Of a stretch of DNA of 23,302 nucleotides, positions 8,526 through 17,321 are shown in pieces. The first letter of the stretch is position 1. Each line of letters starts with the position of its first letter. The DNA lies in assembly GCA_964549615.1 (NCBI GenBank), contig CAZJVP010000091.1, positions 1-23,302 of the forward strand, in the 5' to 3' direction. The notes below the pieces were generated by a model, which was not told the origin of the DNA, searched no databases, and saw only the letters and a list, made by a program, of their open reading frames with translations. The DNA comes from an uncultured Thermococci archaeon (GTDB lineage Archaea > CAYQAE01 > CAYVLA01). Both the position numbers and the translations under genes were made by a program.

Positions 8526-9818
8526 ATGGGCATCTTTACGACCTTGTACGATGTGGTCGTGGCCGGGGGCGGGCCCGCTGGCTTCGGAGCCGCGTTGGCT
8601 GCCGCGAGGGAAGGAGCTAGGACGCTGTTGGTGGAGAGGTCCAACCATCTGGGAGGCATGGCCTCCACGGGCCTACCTTTCCTCAAATTCAACGATTCGT
8701 CGGGCCAGAGGATCTTCGGGATACCGGACGAGTTCGTGCGGCGTGCTGCCAAAGAAGGCTACACCCAGGACGATCTGGCCACGAGTAGCTGGATCGCCGT
8801 CGACAGGGAAGGGGTCAAGTTACTCTTTCAGGAAATGCTCGCGGAAGCAGGGGCGAGCATCCTTTACAGCTCATGGGTGGCAGGCATTGAGAAGGCGAGC
8901 GACCGCCGGATCAAGAGCGTGGCGGTGGTGTGCAAGGGCGGAACGAGGAAGGTGCGTGGAAGAGTCTACGTCGACTGCACCGGGGATGCGGATCTGGCGG
9001 CGCTGAGCGGGGTTCCATGCAGATTCGGAAGGGAGGACGGCAAGACGATGGGCATGAGCCTTCTATTCGCCCTAGGAAATGTCGATGTCAGCAGGTTCCT
9101 GGCGGCGGTCAAGGGTCGATGGCCGCAGCTGGTCAAGGAATCAGGAATGGTGATTCCCGAGGAGATCAAGCGCAACACCTTCTTGGACGAGACGAGGTTC
9201 ATGCCGTTCATGGTGGTGCCCAGCAGGCCGGGCGAGATCGTGTTCAACTGGGTCCAGCAGGTGCTTGACCGCAATCCGCTGGACCCTGAGGACCTCAGCC
9301 TAGCCCAGGCCGAGGCGCTCAGGAGGATTCACATTCTCTTCTCCAAGGTCATGCGCCCATACATCCCGGGATGCGAGAGGGCCTATGTGGCCGAGACGGC
9401 GTCGCAGATGGGGGTACGCGAAAGCAGGAGGATCGTCGGAGCGTACACGCTGACCGAGGACGATTGTCGGCAAGGACGGGATTTTCCGGACACCGTCGCG
9501 CTGTGCACTTATCCGTTCGATCTGCATGCGTCGAGCAGGAAGGATTCAAGGCCGTTCATCATAGATAAGGACTTTAGCGGCCTCATCAAGATCCCCTACA
9601 GGATCATGGTTCCCGCCAGGGGGCCATCCAACCTTCTTGTGGCCGGCAGGTCGGTTTCGGCTGACCGGATGGCCTTAAGCTCCATCCGGGTCATGGTGCC
9701 TTGCATGTCAATGGGCGAGGCCGCAGGTCACGCAGCTGCGATGGCGGCGTCGGAGGGCAAGCGCGTGAGGGATGTGGACATCGCCAGGCTCAGGTCGCGG
9801 CTTGACCTGAGATACTGA
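8526..9818 (+). CDS. FAD-dependent oxidoreductase (FAD_oxidored-like)
   Basis: YDVVVAGGGPAG Rossmann motif, LGGMAS, VDCTGDADLA, GVRESRRIVG, IPYR..VP, NLLVAGRSVS. Start at ATG 8526 or TTG 8514. Confidence 0.92.
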   Translation: MGIFTTLYDVVVAGGGPAGFGAALAAAREGARTLLVERSNHLGGMASTGLPFLKFNDSSGQRIFGIPDEFVRRAAKEGYTQDDLATSSWIAVDREGVKLLFQEMLAEAGASILYSSWVAGIEKASDRRIKSVAVVCKGGTRKVRGRVYVDCTGDADLAALSGVPCRFGREDGKTMGMSLLFALGNVDVSRFLAAVKGRWPQLVKESGMVIPEEIKRNTFLDETRFMPFMVVPSRPGEIVFNWVQQVLDRNPLDPEDLSLAQAEALRRIHILFSKVMRPYIPGCERAYVAETASQMGVRESRRIVGAYTLTEDDCRQGRDFPDTVALCTYPFDLHASSRKDSRPFIIDKDFSGLIKIPYRIMVPARGPSNLLVAGRSVSADRMALSSIRVMVPCMSMGEAAGHAAAMAASEGKRVRDVDIARLRSRLDLRY

Positions 9819-9872
9819 TTCCCGCCTAGGTAACAGTTTTGAAAGGCGAATCCCCCGTGCTGCGGGGGCAGG

Positions 9873-10052
9873 ATGTTGAAGATCATATGCTATAAGGGGC
9901 GGTGCAGGCACAACGTCAAGGGCGAGTGTGCAAGGACCCAGGTTACGATCGATGAGCTTGGCATGTGCACCGATTCCCGCGAAACCTCGCAGTACCCACA
10001 GGAGATGCTGAGGAGCAAGGCTCGCCCGAAGCCGCCGGACGGGGCAACATAG
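9873..10052 (+). CDS. Small Cys-rich protein, DUF1540-like (59 aa)
   Basis: MLKIICYKGRCRHNVKGECARTQVTIDELGMCTDSRETSQYPQEMLRSKARPKPPDGAT*: C-x4-C-x-H-N-x4-C-x12-C. TTTTGAAA at 9837-9844 upstream. Below the track's length cut-off. Confidence 0.65.
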   Translation: MLKIICYKGRCRHNVKGECARTQVTIDELGMCTDSRETSQYPQEMLRSKARPKPPDGAT

Positions 10053-10189
10053 GACGGCGTCCCGGTCCTCAGGGAACATCTCTGTTTTCTCCTTCCCCGG
10101 CAGCCAGCGATCCCCAGGGGAGGGCATGGAACCCATTTTAAGCTGCCGTACGCGACGCAGCATCGTTGCATGCAACTAGGACCCGAATC

Positions 10190-11650
10190 ATGCGGATTCC
10201 GCTGATCGCCTTCGCCGTGGGCTTGTCGCTGGCAGTGGCCAACGCTGAGAACCTTCCGCCCGTTGCCAACTTCACCTTCTCGCCTAGTCGGCCAACCGTT
10301 AGGGACGTCGTCGAGTTCGTAGATCACTCCGTCGACCCGGACGGATCGGTGGTCTCCTGGCTTTGGTACTTCGGCGACGGCTCAAGCTCCACTGCCCGGA
10401 ACCCAAAGCACATCTACACCATCAAGGGCCATTACCTGATCAACCTGATCGTCTCGGACGACCAGGGCGCAACGGGCATGGCCTACGCCTTCATCGACGT
10501 CGTGAACCTGCCGCCGGAGGCAGACTTCATCTTCTCCCCAGGCCGTCCCACCATCAAGGACGACATCGTATTCAACGACACGTCAATTGACCCCGACGGC
10601 CCGATCGTGTGGTGGCTGTGGAGGTTTGGGGACGGCTCGAATTCCACATCGAGGGACCCGGTTCACCGGTACGAGAGCCGGGGCCAGTACCGCGTTAGCC
10701 TCGAGGTCAGGGACGAAGATGGCTTAGCCAGCGTGGTCGAGAGGGTGGTGGAGGTCGTGAACATCCCGCCTGAGGCTAACTTCTCCTTCTCCCCGGAGGT
10801 TGGAAGAAGGGACGGGGACGTTCTGTTCACCGATCTGTCCACGGACCACGACGGCTCGGTGGTCTCTTGGATCTGGGATTTCGGGGACGGTTCCAAGTCG
10901 GACGCGCAGAATCCAAGGCACAGGTACGATTCGTTGGGGGTTTTCCTGGTGAACCTCACCGTGTTCGATGACGAAGGGACGTCGGGCTCCTTGATCAGGC
11001 CCCTGGAGGTCCTCAACTCGCCTCCGGTGGCGAACTTCTCTTTCTCCCCCGGGCGGCCCCCTGCCGGCCAGCCAGCGTCCTTCGTTGATCTCTCGAGCGA
11101 TCCGGATGGGTCCGTCGTATCTTGGCTGTGGACGTTCGGGGACGGCGCGATCTCGACTGCCCAGAATCCCGCTCACACCTACGCCGAGAGGGGCATCTAC
11201 CTCGTTGTCCTGAACGTGACCGACAGCGACGGTGCACAGGCCAACGCGTCGGGCTATGTGCGTGTCATCGGCGTGCCTCCTAGGGCAGATTTCTCCTTCT
11301 CGCCAAGCAGGCCCAGAGTAGGGGAGGCGATAACCTTCTCCGATGCATCTCAGGATCCCGACAGCGGAATCTTCACATGGCTTTGGGACTTCGGCGACGG
11401 TTCCACATCAGGGCTGAAAACCACCAAACACGCGTACCGGAAGGCGGGAAGGTACTACGTCAACCTGACCATCTGGGATGATGACGGCTTGCCGGCCTCG
11501 GTGGTGAAGGCCGTGGACGTCAGGGCCCCCTGGGTCTTGCTCGCGTGGATGGTGGTGCTTCTTCCCATCGGCGCACTTGTCCTGGCAATCGTTGTGACGT
11601 GGAAGAGGAAGGGAGGCGCGCGGGGCAAGGCCTACACGCACGAAACGTAG
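10190..11650 (+). CDS. PKD-repeat cell-surface protein (signal peptide, 5 PKD domains, C-terminal TM)
   Basis: Five PP.A.F.FSP...D.S.D.D.....W.W.FGDG...H.Y...G...V.L.V.D.DG units. Signal peptide from ATG 10190; C-terminal TM followed by KRK. Confidence 0.95.
   Translation: MRIPLIAFAVGLSLAVANAENLPPVANFTFSPSRPTVRDVVEFVDHSVDPDGSVVSWLWYFGDGSSSTARNPKHIYTIKGHYLINLIVSDDQGATGMAYAFIDVVNLPPEADFIFSPGRPTIKDDIVFNDTSIDPDGPIVWWLWRFGDGSNSTSRDPVHRYESRGQYRVSLEVRDEDGLASVVERVVEVVNIPPEANFSFSPEVGRRDGDVLFTDLSTDHDGSVVSWIWDFGDGSKSDAQNPRHRYDSLGVFLVNLTVFDDEGTSGSLIRPLEVLNSPPVANFSFSPGRPPAGQPASFVDLSSDPDGSVVSWLWTFGDGAISTAQNPAHTYAERGIYLVVLNVTDSDGAQANASGYVRVIGVPPRADFSFSPSRPRVGEAITFSDASQDPDSGIFTWLWDFGDGSTSGLKTTKHAYRKAGRYYVNLTIWDDDGLPASVVKAVDVRAPWVLLAWMVVLLPIGALVLAIVVTWKRKGGARGKAYTHET
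10250..11524 (+). repeat. Five tandem 255-nt (85-aa) PKD repeats
   Basis: Units start at 10250, 10505, 10760, 11015 and 11270: exact period, diverged sequence. Confidence 0.9.
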
Positions 11651-11703
11651 GTCACGCTGGCAGCCGATCGGCCGGCGAGGCGCTCGGAATCGCCATGGGG
11701 CAG

Positions 11704-12588
11704 TCAGTGTGTGTCGAGGCGGTAGTATCCCTTGTCGGTGAGAATCCCGTCCACATCGTAACCCCTTTCCTTCAGCACCGCGGCAAAGTCTGTTCCTTTG
11801 GCGACGGGCCCCTCTGGTTTGACCTTCACGACGGTGAGCGCCTCTGCGTCCTCCCCGAATGGGCCCTGCGCTAGGATCTTGCCTCCGGGCCCCACCGCAA
11901 GCGAGCAACCTATGCACTTCCGGCCCTTCCACGGGCCTGCCGTGATCCAACCCACGTTGCTGACGCCGACCGTCGTGAGATCGTAGAGCTTTCCCAGAAG
12001 GCAGTAAGATCTCTTCCACGTTTCACCATATGGCTTGCTCGTGTTGTCGTAGTCCGCGTCCACCGCCCAGGCGGAGGGGGAGAGGAGCAGGTTGCAGCCC
12101 ATCCGGGCCAGAGAATGGCCCAGGACCAAGGAGTTCGGAAAGTTGTCGGCGCAAATGGCAATCCCCATGTTTGCGAGCGGCGTCTCGACGACTCTCAGAG
12201 AGGTGCCTATCGAGTAGAGATTGTGAGCTATGCTGAGCTCGTTGATCTTGCGGTGCTTCGTCAGTATCCTGCCTTGCGGCGAAACCAAGATGGCGGAGTT
12301 GTAGATCCGGTCTCCGCACCTCTCCACCAGGCCGGCCGCGACGAAAAGTCCGTGCTTCTTGGCCGCTCTGGATATCTGACGAGAACGCGGGCCTGGAATG
12401 CTCTGCGATCTGGTTCGCGCGCTCGGATGAGTCCAGCCCAGATCAAGGCACTCCGGCAGGACGACGACCGAGCACCCCTCATCCGATGCACGGCCTATCA
12501 TGTCGACGGCCCTTCGGAGGTTAGCTTTCGGAGCGCCGCCCTCCACAAGCATCTGTCCCATTCCGAGTTTGAAGGTGCGTCTTCTCAC
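11704..12588 (-). CDS. Carbon-nitrogen hydrolase (nitrilase superfamily)
   Basis: Glu-Lys-Cys triad in VVLPEC, KHRKINEL, AICADNF; also IYNSAILV. Confidence 0.93.
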   Translation of the reverse strand: MRRRTFKLGMGQMLVEGGAPKANLRRAVDMIGRASDEGCSVVVLPECLDLGWTHPSARTRSQSIPGPRSRQISRAAKKHGLFVAAGLVERCGDRIYNSAILVSPQGRILTKHRKINELSIAHNLYSIGTSLRVVETPLANMGIAICADNFPNSLVLGHSLARMGCNLLLSPSAWAVDADYDNTSKPYGETWKRSYCLLGKLYDLTTVGVSNVGWITAGPWKGRKCIGCSLAVGPGGKILAQGPFGEDAEALTVVKVKPEGPVAKGTDFAAVLKERGYDVDGILTDKGYYRLDTH

Positions 12589-12685
12589 ATGTCTCGCCTT
12601 ACCGCGGTGATGATCAGGGTGTCATGGGGGTGAAACGATAGCTGATGGCCGGCATCCGAAAGCTTCCGCTGTCTCGGCTGTGGGG

Positions 12686-13198
12686 CTATCGCAGTTGTCG
12701 GATCTGCACGTACGCCCCGGCGATCGCAGCCAGGAGCGCGATGATCAGCGATGCCGCCACGACCATCCCGGCATTTCCCAGGATGGCTAAGAGACCGCTG
12801 AAGATGAGCGCTGCTCCAGCGAAGGCGGTGGCTACGGAGAGGTAGTACTTGAACAGGACAAGGCCTATGACGAAGGCTATCACTCCCGCGAGGATCGCCA
12901 GAATCTGATTGGATGTGGCGGCGAGAGCGACAACGTAGCCGATTATGCCTAGCATGATGCCGAAGATGATCTTGATGATCGCAAGGCTCAGGAAGCCCAG
13001 CACAAGGAAGGCGAGTAGGGCTGCGACGAGGGGGATTGGGGGACCGTAGCGGGGCTCTAGCAGCGTGAACGCAAACTTTGCGCCGGCAAGACCCGCCCCA
13101 AGGAAGACCAGCACCTTGATGATCTTCCTGCCGACGAATGCCAGCCCAAGGCCGACCAACACCGTTGCGACGGCGATCGGAACAGGTATTTCGACCAA
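12686..13198 (-). CDS. Multi-pass membrane protein, DUF4203 (TM7S3/TM198-like)
   Basis: Gly-rich TM helices GLGLAFVG.K....L.FLGAG.AG, ATAFAGA, and C-terminal AGAYVQ. TTG start with TATA upstream. Confidence 0.8.
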   Translation of the reverse strand: MVEIPVPIAVATVLVGLGLAFVGRKIIKVLVFLGAGLAGAKFAFTLLEPRYGPPIPLVAALLAFLVLGFLSLAIIKIIFGIMLGIIGYVVALAATSNQILAILAGVIAFVIGLVLFKYYLSVATAFAGAALIFSGLLAILGNAGMVVAASLIIALLAAIAGAYVQIRQLR

Positions 13199-13234
13199 AG
13201 TCTAAACACCGCGCGGGCGTTTGAGCACCTCTCT

Positions 13235-13240
13235 CTTAAA
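13235..13240 (-). promoter_or_regulatory. TATA box (TTTAAG) for the membrane protein gene
   Basis: GAGA-TTTAAG on the minus strand, about 37 nt upstream of TTG 13198. Confidence 0.5.
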
Positions 13241-13279
13241 TCTCGCCGCTGCGGCGCGCCCTGGGTGCGATGATTGGAG

Positions 13280-14512
13280 CTAGCATTGATGGAGACGGGT
13301 TATGGCGGTCTCCCTGTAGAACCTGCGCCTGACCATGATGGTCCAAAGGATGAAACCGCATATCATGCCCGTGGCAGCGACCACGAGCCATTCGGTGAAG
13401 TAGACCCAGAAAAGCGCCTCATCCTTCAGCTTCCAGATCCTCTGCGACGCGATAAACATGTCGTCCAAAGCGGCCTGCAGGCGGGCCACGGACGTCTCAA
13501 GGTCCGCATCCATGTAGGCCTGCTTGCCTGCCTTCTCGTTGCTGGAGATCTCGGCCAGCATTCTTTCGGCCTCGTTCAGGTTGGCCCCGAACCGCGCAAC
13601 GAACTCCATCACGCTCTGCATCGTCTCGAGAAGGCTCTTGTAGTCCATCATCAGGCTCCGCGCCTTGTGTGCGAGCTCGACGTCTTGGGGCACCTCGTTG
13701 CCCGTTATGTAGGCCGCAAGGTTCAGCGCGAAATCGCCGTAGTAGGGCCATCTGAGGAAGTCGATTCCCCCGTACGGCGTCCAGTCCGACGTCATGGCGA
13801 AAGAGGCCCCCTCCCCGATGGCCTCGTAGACCATGAGCGGATGGGTCCTGCCGCCGGCCTTGCGGTAGTTTGCTAGGAGCCTCGAGGATGGTTTGAGTTC
13901 GACGATGTTGCAGCCGTGGAAAACCCCGTACGGGCCGAGGGAGTCAAAGGGCAGGGACCTCATCAGTTTGTCGTTGCGATCCACGACCTCCAGCACCCCG
14001 GCCTGGGAGAGAGATTGGTCGCCCATGTCCCAGCCGCGCGGAATGCAGATGACGGGAAGGGCGTCCTGCAGGACGGTGTCGCCCCATGGCGAGTCCAGGA
14101 AAGGGGTTCCGCCGAAGCTACCGTAGCCCCCTATCATCAGCAGCCCCAGCCCTCCCTCGATCACCGAGTTCCTGAACCAGTAGACGTAGTCGGTGCGGAA
14201 GTTCTGGACTATCGCGTCGCTCATGATCAGGAGGTCGTACTTGTCCAGGAGGTCCTGGTAGCTTCGCGGCATGAAGATCCGCATCTTCTTGTCTATCTGC
14301 AGGGCCGTTCCGGTCATGCCGGTCAGGGCGACGACGCTTGTCAGTGGGTCTGTCACGAAGGTCGGGTAGGGGCTTGGGGCAAAAGCATCTCCGTAGTAGA
14401 GGATCCGGATGACCCCCGTGGCCGGATCCCTTCTGGGATCCCTTGCCAGCCCGGGCTCAACCACCAGGTTTAGAACGATCACTGCGACGAGCATCTCTCT
14501 AAGGCTGCGCAA
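13280..14512 (-). CDS. Exported, C-terminally anchored glutamine amidotransferase-like (DUF1355-like) protein, paralogue 2
   Basis: RDPATG.IRIL, RIFMPR, KYDLLIMSD, GGLGLLMIGGYGSFGG and WGDTVLQDALPV (best DUF1355 match of the four), EFVARFGAN, ALFWVYFTEWL...MVRRRFYRETAITR. Start uncertain: TTG 14512, ATG 14494 or ATG 14539. Confidence 0.85.
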   Translation of the reverse strand: MRSLREMLVAVIVLNLVVEPGLARDPRRDPATGVIRILYYGDAFAPSPYPTFVTDPLTSVVALTGMTGTALQIDKKMRIFMPRSYQDLLDKYDLLIMSDAIVQNFRTDYVYWFRNSVIEGGLGLLMIGGYGSFGGTPFLDSPWGDTVLQDALPVICIPRGWDMGDQSLSQAGVLEVVDRNDKLMRSLPFDSLGPYGVFHGCNIVELKPSSRLLANYRKAGGRTHPLMVYEAIGEGASFAMTSDWTPYGGIDFLRWPYYGDFALNLAAYITGNEVPQDVELAHKARSLMMDYKSLLETMQSVMEFVARFGANLNEAERMLAEISSNEKAGKQAYMDADLETSVARLQAALDDMFIASQRIWKLKDEALFWVYFTEWLVVAATGMICGFILWTIMVRRRFYRETAITRLHQC

Positions 14513-14867
14513 AGCGAACCATTTTCGCCCGTAACGCATAAATCTGTCATGTAAGGGAGCGAGGCTCCGCTTGCACAGGGTAGTTTGGTAAGGCGAAGCC
14601 TGTTGCCGCAGTTCGCGCAGGCTAGTCTTCCGCTTATCGCGATCCAGAGCTGGGCAAACAGTTCTTTCCAGTGCCCAGCCCTCGAGAACTGCGAGGGGTG
14701 GATCAGGATGCTTTGTTCCGGCCATCGCAGCATCGCAGGAGCCTACCCCCATCGATGAGGAGTCCATCCTCATCTCGTTGAGCACGTTGGGGTCAGGTAA
14801 GCAAAGCTGAACGGGGTTGCGGTGTTGAAAACGGTTTTATGGTCCTTATGCCTATGGGCGATCTTGC

Positions 14868-15278
14868 ATGTTGCTGACGTGCGGAAGGTGCGCGTATGAG
14901 TGGAACTACGGGGGAAAGAGCGAGCGGTACGCTTCATGCCCGCGCTGCAGGAAGAGGGTGAAGATCCTGCCAAGGTCCAAGGACACGAACGCCGTCGTTG
15001 AATCCCTGAGAAAGGCAATGCCGGAGCTCGCCGCGCGCTACGGGGTGAAGCGCCTGGCCCTTTTCGGATCCTTCGTCCGAGGGGAGCAGCGGCCGGACAG
15101 CGATGTCGACGTGGTTGTGGAGCTCAAACGTCCGCTGGGATTTGAGTTCGTGGATCTAGCGGAACAGCTGGAGAGGGCAGTCGGGTGCAAGGTGGATCTG
15201 CTGACCCCTGCGGGGGTGAGATCGATAAGGGTGCCCGCCGTTAGGAAGCGAATCGAAGAGAGTCTTGTCTATGTCTGA
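14868..15278 (+). CDS. MNT (minimal nucleotidyltransferase) antitoxin with N-terminal Zn ribbon
   Basis: GS-x10-DxD (GSFVRGEQRPDSDVD), KVDLLT; N-terminal CGRC...CPRC. Overlaps the HEPN gene. Confidence 0.9.
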   Translation: MLLTCGRCAYEWNYGGKSERYASCPRCRKRVKILPRSKDTNAVVESLRKAMPELAARYGVKRLALFGSFVRGEQRPDSDVDVVVELKRPLGFEFVDLAEQLERAVGCKVDLLTPAGVRSIRVPAVRKRIEESLVYV

Positions 15279-15648
15279 GCGAAAGGATGCCGATTTAGTC
15301 GCGGATATTATCGATGCTGCTGGGCGAATCGCCGAGTACATCAGGGGAAAGACCTTCGCGCAGTTCGAGAGCGACACGAAGACGCAGGACGCTGTGGTCC
15401 GCAACATCGAGATCGTGGGTGAGGCGGTAAAGTTGCTTTCGCGCGAGTTCAAGCGGAAGCACCCTGACGTGCCCTGGAGGCAGATGGCCGGCATGCGCGA
15501 CGTCATCATTCATCGGTATTTTAGTGTCGCGCTGGACATCGTCTGGAGAGTCGCGACGAGGGACTTGCCCGAGGCTGTCGCCCGTCTCGAGCGGGGGGAC
15601 GTCGGGCAGGGGGCAAGACAGCCGGGGGCGAGGCCTAGGAGTCATTAG
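15271..15648 (+). CDS. HEPN/DUF86 RNase toxin (HepT-like)
   Basis: DAVVRNIEIVGEA, PWRQMAGMRDVIIHRY = R-x4-H-x-Y. ATG 15271 lies inside the end of the MNT gene. Confidence 0.93.
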   Translation: MSERKDADLVADIIDAAGRIAEYIRGKTFAQFESDTKTQDAVVRNIEIVGEAVKLLSREFKRKHPDVPWRQMAGMRDVIIHRYFSVALDIVWRVATRDLPEAVARLERGDVGQGARQPGARPRSH

Positions 15649-16023
15649 CGCTAGGAGACCCAGCATCCTCTGCGGTGGCTGGAAGCCGTTCGGGCAAAAA
15701 AGCCTTGATCCAGCTTAGTTATCGGAATGCGACGAGAGCCACCTGGGCCATACGAAAAGACTCGGCCGAGGACCTTCCGGTCCTCGCGATTGCATCGGGT
15801 GTCCATGTCTTGTTTCCTGATTGGAGGTCTTTGATCTCGGCGTCGCAGGCTCCCCCAGCCGGCCTCATGGTGATGAGCATGGCCGCTCGGGTTTGGGCGG
15901 TGCTATGCCATGCCAAGGGCTTCGGGGCGAACGGCAACGTCCCGACAATGGTGAGTAGCTCAGTCTCTCTCGCGCAAAGCATACATATCGACCGGCAAAA
16001 TAGGCCCGCCATGGAGTTGGAGC

Positions 16024-17271
16024 ATGGGCTCGGGTGTTGCTAGGCTCTTTGCCTTCTCCCTGTTCATCTACCTCTGCATTGGCTTGGTCGTGGGTAGAAC
16101 TGACCCGGAAACGGAGAGGGTCCGGCTGCTCCACATAGGACTGGCCTTCCTACGGCCCGATCATCCCGACCCGGTCTTCTTGGTGGACCCGAAGATCGAT
16201 CTGACGATGGTCCCGGTCTTCTCCTCGGTAATGCAAATGGCGGAGATGCGCAGGATGATGAGGCTCTATCTCCCTAGAACCAAGGGCGAGCTCGACTCCA
16301 GGTTCGACCTCGTCCTGATGGACGGGGCGGACGCGCTCGACGTGAAGGACGAGTTCCTTCGATGGACGAAGGAGCTTGTTCAAGATGGCAACCTCAGCTT
16401 CGTCATGGCCGATGCCGGGTCGGGCTGGTCCTTCGCAGGCAGCGGCCCAAGCTGGTACATCACCTCCATCGAGCCCATCCTCACGGTTGATGATTCGGAG
16501 GGACGCGAAGCCGCCTGGCCAGGGTACACGGAGAACAACTACAGGCTGGTGCCCGTCGACCCCGAGCACGAACTCTTCCGCAACATACCCTGGGACGAAA
16601 TGAGGTTCATCGCTATGAATCGGCCCACGGAACGTCCCGGCGCAAGGGTGATCGCCCGGATGTCGGACGAGAACCCGGTAAATCGAGGCAAGCCCGTCAT
16701 CGCCTACTGGGACTACCCCAACGGAGGCAGGTCGGCCTCCTACATCCTCACATGGCAGACCATGGTGGGGGCGCCTTGGATCATCGCCTTCTACAGGTGG
16801 GAGTGGCACTACGACGTCCTGGTGAACATGATCTACTGGCCAGCACGGGCTCCGATACCCGCGGATCTGGCGCTTGTCCATCGAGTGAGACGGTTGCTGT
16901 CCGAGCTTCACTACTCCAAGCTCCTTGTGCTGTCCGTCGTTGATTTTGCAGAGAAGGTGGGCGCCAATCTGGGGCAGATCGAGCGTCAGATGATGGGGCT
17001 GGATTCCGCGCGCAGACAGACGGAGCGGCTCTACATACAGAATCGGATGGAGGAGTGCTACGATCTGTCGCTGCGCCTGAAATCGGACTACGGTCAGCTG
17101 ATCGATGGGGCGATGAGGGCGAAGGACAGGGCGCTGCTCTGGATCTTCGTCGTCGAGTGGTTGGTCACCTTCGCCGCTCTCATGTTGGCTGGCGTCGTTC
17201 TCTGGGTCCTGATGGTGCGGAGGGGGCTGTACCGAGAGGTCGGACAGACCAGGCTAATTTGGGAGGGCTAG
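16024..17271 (+). CDS. Exported, C-terminally anchored glutamine amidotransferase-like protein, paralogue 3
   Basis: Signal peptide, RTDPETE.VRLLHIG, RLYLPR, FDLVLMD, HELFRNIPW, DFAEKVGAN, ALLWIFVVEWL...MVRRGLYREVGQTR. Confidence 0.82.
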   Translation: MGSGVARLFAFSLFIYLCIGLVVGRTDPETERVRLLHIGLAFLRPDHPDPVFLVDPKIDLTMVPVFSSVMQMAEMRRMMRLYLPRTKGELDSRFDLVLMDGADALDVKDEFLRWTKELVQDGNLSFVMADAGSGWSFAGSGPSWYITSIEPILTVDDSEGREAAWPGYTENNYRLVPVDPEHELFRNIPWDEMRFIAMNRPTERPGARVIARMSDENPVNRGKPVIAYWDYPNGGRSASYILTWQTMVGAPWIIAFYRWEWHYDVLVNMIYWPARAPIPADLALVHRVRRLLSELHYSKLLVLSVVDFAEKVGANLGQIERQMMGLDSARRQTERLYIQNRMEECYDLSLRLKSDYGQLIDGAMRAKDRALLWIFVVEWLVTFAALMLAGVVLWVLMVRRGLYREVGQTRLIWEG

Positions 17272-17321
17272 CCCTTTCGATCGCCATCCGACCGAAGAGC
17301 CCGTGTGTAAACTGCGCAAGC

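Noticed and set aside
14545-14800. 5' extension of paralogue 2, or a decayed PIN-domain fragment (DPNVLNEM...VGSCDAAMAGT)
   Set aside because: Lies upstream of the signal peptide and TATA box; the PIN resemblance is too short to support without a search.
15767-15786. GGAA-loop hairpin as SRP RNA helix 8
   Set aside because: Lacks the SRP internal loop (CAGG/AGCA) and the surrounding helices.
15675-16043. ORFs 15675-16043(+) and 15719-16012(-)
   Set aside because: No motifs, they overlap each other and they run through the paralogue 3 promoter.
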